Origin: Octopus vulgaris
Taxonomy: Eukaryota
Length of the DNA: 64,000 bases
NCBI GenBank assembly: GCA_951406725.2
Contig: OX597827.1
Span: forward strand, 66,650,001-66,714,000
Direction of reading: 5' to 3'
Shown here in pieces: positions 54,169 through 64,000 of this stretch (position 1 is its first letter; the number at the start of each line of letters is the position of its first letter). The translations under genes and the position numbers were made by a program. A model generated the notes under the pieces. The model saw only the letters and a list, made by a program, of their open reading frames with translations, was not told the origin of the DNA and did no database searches.

Positions 54169-55440
54169 ACACAACCTGTTTCCAAAGTCTTTCTCTACAA
54201 AATTCAATTCACAACGCATTAGTCGGCCCGTGGCTGAAACTGAAACTTGCTGAAACTAAAACAGAGCCCTCATAATTTGCAGCAAGTTTCTTAACCGCAT
54301 CCATCGAAGCAAAATGAAATGTTTATCTTTAATTTTTGCTTTTAGATTTTGACTTACAGTTCCGATGTTGAAAAACAAGTATTATGAATGTCTTTTCCTT
54401 TTTGCTTTCTTCTTGTGTCACTCAAAGTTCAGACTGAAATCAGTGAACAAAAGGATTGGAAATTTAATTACAGAAATTTATTTCCAACTTACAACAATAT
54501 TGCAAGGGGGAAATTTGAATCAAAATTTAGAGAATCAGTGTGTCAGCAGCAGTAATCAAATCGCTCGCTATTCTCTCAGAAAGATAACGTCATATGGCAT
54601 GGTGATGTACTGGATATAATGTGAGTAAACAGTACATGCGATAGTTCATTTTGGGAAAATTTTCACATTACTCGATCGGGCTCACTGAGTGGCAAAATGT
54701 AACAGGAAACTTGGACACTACTTATATGATGACACCCACCATCCATCATTCCGCGAACAGAAATTCAGTGGTAGATAAAGAGAAAAGTACTTGAAGGCTA
54801 TGACTACATATATACTGACTTTTTTCTCACAGACACCTGTTGACTTATAAAATGAAATGATTAAAGTAGATATATATATAATATACTGATCCCTGATTGG
54901 AAATTCAGCTGCAAATTCAACAAAAAATTACTCCATCTGGTGAGTGATAAATATTACTTATTTAAAGGTTACAATACATGTATTAAGTCGCTCCTAATAG
55001 TTTCATATGTTGGGAAAATTCAAACACATTATTCAGGCGCAAACCGCGTTTTATAACGAACTAAAGATATTGAATAATAGAAGAAACTCGAAAACATTGA
55101 AAATGCAGCGTATAGAAAACGCTGAAAGTAAACAACTGAAAACGAAAAACAGAAAGTAAAATGTAAAAAATATAAGGATAAAAACACTATCCTCCTTAGA
55201 CCTTAAATGATAAGGCTGGAAAGATATCAATTCAGTAAGGAATAGGCGGAATTTTCCAATTCTTCAAAATAAATTTATATATATGCATACAATCACTGAC
55301 AATATCTGACCTGGAGTTGAATAGAGAGTTAGGGATCTTAGATTAGAACATGATCTGTGCTCTTTCAGCCAAACATATTCGCCATTTATTCGATACATTC
55401 ACATAAAGTATCGATTTCTCAATTACTTTCCATTTAATCA

Positions 55441-55824
55441 TGGAAGCACTCCGTCGGTTACGACAACGAGGGCTCTGGTTGATCCGAATCAACGGAACAG
55501 CCTGCTCGTGAAATTAACGTGTAAGTGGCTGAGCACTCCACAGACACGTGTACCCTTAACGTAGTTCTCGGGGATATTCACCGCGACACAGAGAGTGACA
55601 AGGCCGGCCCTTTGAAATACAGGTACAACAGAAACAGGAAGTAAGAGTGAGAGAAAGTTGTGGTGAAAGAGTAGAGCAGGGATCACCAACATGCCCTGCC
55701 GGAGCCTCGTGGAGCTTTAGGTGTTTTCGCTCAATAAACACTCACAACGCCCGGTCTGGGAATTGAAACCGCGATCCTATGACCGCGAGTCCGCTGCCCT
55801 AACCACTGGGCCATTGCGCCTCCT
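55441..55824 (-). mobile_element. Full-length tRNA(Arg)-like SINE
   Basis: 11-bp TSD catttaatcat at 55431-55441 and 55825-55835. Confidence 0.92.
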
Positions 55825-56089
55825 CATTTAATCATATGCGCTGATTCGTTATCCCTCAAAGTTCATACGTAGCTAGCCAACTTAGTTGCTTTACGTTTGT
55901 CCTTATGTAGGAAGGAGGATCTGTGATTGCTACTGCAATTTTTAAATTAACTTTAACATAATCCAATATAAGTCTTCTTATCAGTTATAGTATTGTTTAG
56001 TGTTGCTGTTACGTCTGCCTCATATATGATAGATTTAGTCATACAACAGGATCTGAACCGCGACAGTTGCAACTGGATTCAGGTTGTTA

Positions 56090-56490
56090 GTATTGACCAC
56101 GTGTAATGATACTCTTCATATTGACGCAACAGCTATGTGATAATTTCATAGAACTCCTATTGAATATTTGCCTGTATCTGTGAGTGACTGGAAATGTTTG
56201 TCGAAGAGAGACAGGAATTTTTTTTACCAATGTTTCTTCTTATATTAAGTGAAAAGTGCGGGGTCGAACCAAATAGTTTTCTTTGGCCAATATTTAGGTT
56301 GCTGATTAACCTGATTAAAACTTGAGTGGTTATATTCTACCTTATCTTTAATGCCACTGTATTTATTATTACTATTTTGATTATTATCAGAGGGAATATA
56401 TATTAATTTATCTGTGAAGCCACCATTGTCTACGTCCTTCTTATAATAGGGGGCATCTTTCTCGACAATTTCTTTGAAAGAAGAGAGGTA
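56090..56490 (-). mobile_element. Penelope-like element RT-thumb/linker remnant
   Basis: LSSFKEIVEKDAPYYKKDVDNGGFTDKLIY ... KKTIWFDP ... KKFLSLFDKHF matches the PLE LSS..IF...YY..AL..SG / IWFNPP / FL.L.DKHF pattern. Confidence 0.8.
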
Positions 56491-56513
56491 AGTATATATA
56501 TGTATATATATAT

Positions 56514-56576
<63 letters not shown>

Positions 56577-56625
56577 GAAAAAAGTCAAGATACAAAATGC
56601 TAAAATAATTTTATAAAAAACACTT

Positions 56626-56667
56626 CAGTACCGGTTTCAGTTTTAGTCATTGAGACTTCTTCAACTG
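56626..56667 (-). ncRNA. Minimal type I hammerhead variant (U3)
   Basis: CAG-TTGAAGA-AGT....ACT-GAA-ACCGGT-A^CTG; palindromic stem III; next to a PLE coding remnant. Confidence 0.6.
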
Positions 56668-57594
56668 TAACTATGGAAAAACAATTAAATTTTGGAAAAA
56701 TTAAATGCAAAGTTTATTAAAAGAATATTTGCATGGTGCTGAAATACAAGTGGCATTTTCCTTGTTTCTGCATGTTTCTTTCTCTCTCTCTCTCTGACTT
56801 TTTTTACTCTTGTGGGTTCGAGGTCGTGGTGAATTTTTGGTAGGGAAGAAGAAGAAGAAGAAGAAGAAGAAGAAGAAGAAGAAGAAGAAGAAGAAGAAGA
56901 AGAAGAAGAAGAAGAAAAAGAAGTAAATATGTAAATATATAAAGTGACTATGAGTGATTGTGTATGCATACATTATTTCAGTATAGCATGTGAAACACAC
57001 TGAGAATTCAGATACTTAGAGAACAATTTATTTGCAGCAGTGTTAAGGAAAGAATATAAGCATGAGTGGTAATCGGGATTACAAAAGCTATGAAAATCAT
57101 AATATAAAAGAAAGTAGAAAGGTTGAGAAGAAACATTTAACATGGGTTGGGCTACAGGTATTATACATAAGGAGGGGAACAAGGTTGTTCAATAAAATTT
57201 AAGGCATAGAAGGAAATAGACATCTACATTTCGATTATGCAAAATCTATCGATTGGAACGAATGTCGTTTAAATACAACTTGACATAATCTGTCACGAGT
57301 GTACCCGGTGCATTTGTAAGAAAGTAAGAAAGTACATGGATGCTTAAATTGTGCAATGTATCAATGTAAGGAAGTAGCTGAATAGAATTACAAAAAGCAT
57401 AACGTAAAGAACGAAGAAAGTAATTTTAACAGAAGCACTTAAAGAACTATACTGTAATGCACTAACATCTGTTCGCAATATATTCGTGAGTAGAAACGCA
57501 TGCATATATATGAATGCACATACACAGATAAGTACATATATATATATATATATTTGTGTGTGTGTGTATGTATGCGTGCGTGTGTGTATTTGAA

Positions 57595-57830
57595 GAAAGT
57601 GAAGTGAAGATACGTATACTTTTTTATAAGACGTATCTGTGGAGTCCAATAAAAATTGGGAAGTATTCGCCGGAGAATGTTGTTGTGGATAATAATTTCT
57701 CCCTATAGATCTCGTGTGTAATAAATTCATTGCACCAGGTAGCACATGACGTCGGCTGAATACCAGCAGCCGGGGTGGTTTCTATTGGATTCCGCATGCT
57801 TATTTGTAGAGAAAGTCTTGGTAAATTGTA
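57595..57830 (+). pseudogene. Decayed paralog of the unidentified family
   Basis: TYTF/YKTYLWSPIKIGKYSPENVVVDNNFSL resembles YYTFLRAQF...KQMPPENFRMIRIHNMSF. Confidence 0.35.
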
Positions 57831-58021
57831 GCCTCACCGGATCCGATGTTCTTCAAAACGTAAATCGACACGAATAGATTAACTGTGGTGTGATGCGATT
57901 AAGCTAAATGATAATTAATTTAGTGTATGCGCATAAAACACCTGAGATCGAAATAATGCTGTTTTTCTTATATTGTTCGACTACATTAGATTGCGATCGA
58001 CACTCACTGTAATCTACGTAT

Positions 58022-58173
58022 GTTTTTCTACACTAGGCACAAGGCCCGAAATGTTGGGGGAAGAGGCAGTTGATTAGATGGACCCCAGTACGTAACTGGT
58101 ACTTAATTTATCGACCTCGAAATGACAAAAAGCAAAGTCGACCTCGGTGGAATTTGAACTCAGATCGTAAAGA
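58022..58173 (-). mobile_element. 5'-truncated Meta-domain-like SINE, subfamily A
   Basis: ctaggcacaaggcccgaaa tail plus gcaaagtcgacctcggtggaatttgaactcag body. Confidence 0.85.
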
Positions 58174-58493
58174 CCTACATCTCCCCCGAAACTGCTGGCC
58201 TCGTGCTAAAATTTCAAACCAGAATGAAATCTGAAATTGTCACATCGTTGTCTATCTCTTTAACTTCTTGAAGATTTTAGGTATAATTATACTAATGCTT
58301 CCATCTGTTCTAATTTAATTAAATTCTATGTCTTTGTACATAGTTATTATTATAATATGTGGCATTACCAGCAGTTGGACGAAGAGTAATCAGTAATTCC
58401 ACACTATGTGACACACTCTGTTTGAAACTCAATCGTTGGGTTTATATAATCTATCAACAATTCCGCATTAGTTCATAAAAAGAAAACTGAATC

Positions 58494-58970
58494 GATGAAA
58501 ATTTGTTTTCACTTAGTCTTATGACAAGATACAATATTGTCATAATTGATATGGAAATTCTCCATCTTGATAGCAAATGTAACATATTTTTAGTTTACAA
58601 AATAATTACGTTTAGTTCATAAACATTCAAAGATCAACGATTGCTTACCTACTTATGAATATAAAATTGAAAGTAGAAGGGGCAATTCTAGATTTTATAT
58701 TGGTTTCAAATTTTGGCACGAGGCCACCAGTTTCGAGAAGATGTCGGACCATAAAAATTGTCTTGGTGAAAATTGTTTTCACTTAATCTCTCCGGTTTAT
58801 ACTGCTGGCATAATTGATATGGAAACTCTCCACTTTGATAGAAAATACAACTTATTTTACATATTATATATATATACGTTTCGTTCACAAACATTCACAG
58901 ATCAACGATTCATTGCCTACTTCGAGATATAAAGCTGAAAGTTGATGGTAAATTTCAAGAATTCATATTG
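58494..58970 (+). repeat. Two diverged ~205-bp coding-like direct repeats (58494-58702 / 58766-58970)
   Basis: IIDMEILHLDSKCNIF..TFKDQRLLTYL vs IIDMETLHFDRKYNLF..TFTDQRFIAYF. Confidence 0.7.
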
Positions 58971-60145
58971 TCTCTTAGACGTATAAGCACCAAACAGTAT
59001 TGGGATTTTTGAAGCGCTTATGAAATACATTTTCATAATAGATTTATTTGGGAATTAAAGACTGAAAGGAACATGGAGATGCCTATATTGCAAAGAACAT
59101 CCCAGCGATACAAAATAATAAAAAAAAAGGGAATTATTTCGAGCAGCAAAAAATATCTTAAGAATTGTATAGTGTAACATTTAAAGACTGTGCATTTCAA
59201 ATGCAAGTATCTAAGTCAGGATCAATCGCATTTATTAAACAAAGAGTTTAATGAATATCCAATAACGTTTGTGGGCTCTTCATTCTGAGGTAATGTGTGT
59301 AATATGGGTTCTTCAATTGAGAGAGGAATTTCGCAGAATTAAGTACCAGATGTGTATGTGATAAACATTTAGTTGGCAAACAAAAGAAGGAAATTCTATG
59401 GTGTGACTCTACCTGATGACTCCCAGTCTAACAGCAAGCGCTAATCTTAAAGTGTCACATTGTGCAATTGGTTATTAATATATTATATCTGTCTAAATGG
59501 TGTATGACAGCTAATGAGATAGTGAACTTGAGCATTAATTTCTCATTTCAATATCGTAATGCTGTAAAAATCATACGGTTTTCAGATATCGAACAACGCT
59601 GGAATAAATAATGCAGATAATATATTTTTTAATAGAAATTGTCTATAAATATCAATAAGCCATTTCGAGAAAGATTTCACTTAGTATTTATATTTATACG
59701 TATATAAATATACATATGCATGTACATAAACGCACATATATGTATACTTGTATATATGTAAGTATATATGTATGCATATATGATTGTATTTATAAAGGTA
59801 GAGATTTGTAAGCACATGTCCAATGTCTAAGCGTACATATAAATATATATATATATATGATTGTGTGTGGTAATTTCATGTAAATTAGATGCGTGTAGCG
59901 CAAATCAGGAATAATTGATTCAATATTCTCCCTGGAGAAAATGAATGTATATTTTGAACACATTAGTCACCAAGCCTCTTCTTTGATCACGTTTGAACAT
60001 TAAAACTGTCCACGTCATTTTCTGTTATCGCTAGATTAAGGCAACAAATTTACATTTCATACGCTAAGAAATGCCAGAAATCTTTGGATATTTGCCGGCT
60101 GTTATTTTCTATTCTGAATATAAAAGTTTAGAGATGAAATGTATG

Positions 60146-60196
<51 letters not shown>

Positions 60197-61044
60197 CTAT
60201 TGGCTTGTCGATTAATCGACAAACTGTGCTGCAGGTTACGATGCTGAATTCTGCTACGTTTTGGTGTAACATGGTATCAAACGTAACATAGGTACAGGGT
60301 TCAGTAGTTACACTTTACCAGTCACGAACATAGTATTCCATATGTTTAGCGTTCTCTCATACTCTCTTTTTTCTCAATGTGAGTGAGCTATATCGACCGT
60401 ATTTCTAACTTCACCCATCCTTACGGGGCAGAAACTGTCTTCTGTCCTAAAATAGTTCTTCAGACCTCACGTGACGACGAATTAACACCTAGTAAGCACA
60501 ACCTAAATATGTACAGCAAATATTTTGCTTCAAAATATTTCAGAATCTCTCGTGGTGGGAATACTTCAGTCAATCTATTTTGACAGCCAGAGAAAATAAA
60601 AAGAAACAATTCGAGATCAGATAAGGATTACAGTAAAATATTGTTTCCACAGCTAAGATGTTGTTGCTGAACACCCAAGAATTATAAACATTTTCCGAGA
60701 AAGAACAAACAAGAAGTTGGCATAAAACCCCTTCTGCTTTGGATTGCCACTGTATATTTCGCTTCTTGATGTTTTTGTTTTGTTTAATTCCATTGTTTTA
60801 TTCTCAGGAAACAGGATTATTTAAAACGCATTTGATAATTGTATAACGATCTAAGTTCAATTTGGAAGTCGTACGTCTAGACTGTGTTATGACACCTAAA
60901 ACAACTCGTGTTCGCTTTAACAGTTAACCCTCTAATTACGTAAGTGTTAGTTGATCTGTGAAAATTATCAAGTGATGTAAATATTCCGTAAAATAAATTA
61001 GTGTTATGGTTGCTATTAAGTTGATGAATATCTGCATTAATTTT

Positions 61045-61375
61045 CTTTTCTACTTTAAGCACGAGGCTCCAAATTTTGGAGGAGGGGAGCCACTCGATTA
61101 GATTGACCTCAGTATGCAACTGGTACGTAATCCATGGACTCCGAAAGGATGAAAGGCAAAGTCGACCTTGGCGGAATTTGAACTCAGAACGTAAAGACTG
61201 ACGAAATGTCGCCAGGCATTATCGCCCGGAGTGCTAACAGTTCTTATTTCTTTACTGCCCACAAGGGGTTAAACATAGAGGGGACGAACAAAGACAGACA
61301 AAGGGATTAATTCGATTGCATCGATCCCAATGCGTAGCGGGTGTTTTAATTTATCGACCCTGAAAGGATGAAAGT
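61045..61375 (-). mobile_element. Nested pair of Meta-domain-like SINEs
   Basis: Junction aacagttc|ttatttc at 61243/61244. Confidence 0.85.
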
Positions 61376-61635
61376 GTCACATTCGACATAAGCATTATAA
61401 TGGACCAAGAAAGAGTTTATTATAATGGGTGTTGTCTGCACCTTGAGCAAGAAACTTCATTTTACTTCGATACAATTGAAACAATTCGGAAATCCATACA
61501 GAGAATCGGTCGAGTACAAGCGTAGACCTGTCCCGATCAAGATCTCATAGAATTCTTTATTTGTGTCAAAAAGTAGGTGGCTGAACCAGTTTCTAAGACA
61601 GCTTGTAAGTACATACGCATAATAATACTACATGC

Positions 61636-61995
61636 GTGGTAGCGCGTGGCTTAGTAGTTACGACGTTGGACTGAAGATCGTAAAATCACGGTTTCGATTC
61701 TTGGACGGGTGGCGCGTGGTGTTCTTGAGTAAAACACTTTATTTCATTTTGCGACTGTCCATTCAGCTGGCAAATATAAGTAATCCTGCAATGTACTGGC
61801 GTCCAAGTAATTGCAGGCGGACAAGATATACATCGTGGAGCAAAACCCTTTATTTCATTTTCCTACATCTCATTCAGCTTGCTAAAATAAGTAATCCTGC
61901 AATGTACTGGCGTCCAAGTAATTACAGGCGGACAAGATATACATCGTGGAAACGGGCAAAAACGTCCCTTATGAATAAGTTTGACTTGAAAACAT
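61636..61995 (+). mobile_element. CORE/V-like tRNA SINE with internal 111-bp tandem duplication
   Basis: Units at 61727-61837 and 61838-61948. Confidence 0.8.
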
Positions 61996-62439
61996 AACTT
62001 TATCTTTAACAACATTATATGCGTATATTTATTTATTCTGTCAGTATTCACCGAATCACTCTTATTGTTTTGTACGCATTGAATATAGTTGTTAAAACGA
62101 AATCGAAAACGTTAAACTCAAATAATTAGTTGCATAGAGTAGGTTGGTTGGAGTAATAGAAATAACTAATATAATATATATGTGCTAAAATATATGCCGA
62201 AGACACGATACAACGACTAATCGGTAGCGTATTAATTGAAACAGATGTAAAATAAAAGGAAACAGCAGGAGAGTTACTAACGCATTAGTCTTTAGTAAAA
62301 GTGCATTTTAGCATTGGAATTTATTACCACCACGTAAACGATGGTGGCTAATCAATATCTATTAACAAATAACGTATGTAAAACGATGCCTTTGAAGACA
62401 AACACGTTCGGACAAATAACATAAAACATATATATTTGT

Positions 62440-63430
<991 letters not shown>

Positions 63431-63853
63431 AGACACACAAAGTCCAACACACACAAAGGGGACGGAATGGAAAAGCAGATCACGTACTAAAGCGTCCAAG
63501 TAGAGACAGAGTTACGCTTAGAGAGCCATTGAGCAACGAGGAAACGTTTCGTGTTAAAAGACAATTCTTAGCTTAAAAGTAAGTCACTTTTCATTCGATT
63601 TCTTACCTTAATTAAATTAAGACGAGCGATACAGTTCGTGATTTATGTTTTATGCAAGGGTTGTAAATCATCTTCACCTATCACGCTGTGTGGCATCTTC
63701 CTGACTAATAAATCCACAAAATCCTCGCACAAGATGGTGAACTAAATTCTTACATGATCTTTTTTTTATTACTACTTATTTGTTTACTTTTGTGTGCGTG
63801 ATTGTGTGTCGGTTTTCTACATGCATATATGTACACACACAATACATACATCA

Positions 63854-63948
<95 letters not shown>

Positions 63949-64000
63949 GATGTATGTATGTATGATGTATGTATTGTGTGTGTACATATATATGTATATA

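Overview
AT-rich, microsatellite-saturated eukaryotic DNA, not prokaryotic. The SINE families and (TA)n/(TATC)n/(TAA)n density look like an octopod cephalopod (Octopus-like); this is an inference from repeat recognition. Nearly all ORFs in the supplied track are microsatellite artefacts. Supportable content: (i) about 25 copies or fragments of four tRNA-derived SINE families, several with clean target-site duplications (TSDs); (ii) decayed coding remnants of Penelope-like (GIY-YIG and RT linker), Helitron (PIF1 helicase plus CTAG 3' end), mariner, Tx1/L1 and R4/Dong elements; (iii) about a dozen loci with minimal type I hammerhead-ribozyme motifs with palindromic stem III, several in mirror-image pairs inside long fold-back palindromes embedded in (TA)n; (iv) a cluster of at least 8-9 highly diverged, mostly stop-interrupted copies of one protein-coding family I cannot name, including two clean open terminal exons at 761-1611 (-); (v) one SINE subfamily that repeatedly inserts at the same two sites inside older relatives. 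No rRNA, bona fide tRNA gene or CRISPR array was found. All homologies are by-eye translations and alignments and need computational confirmation.
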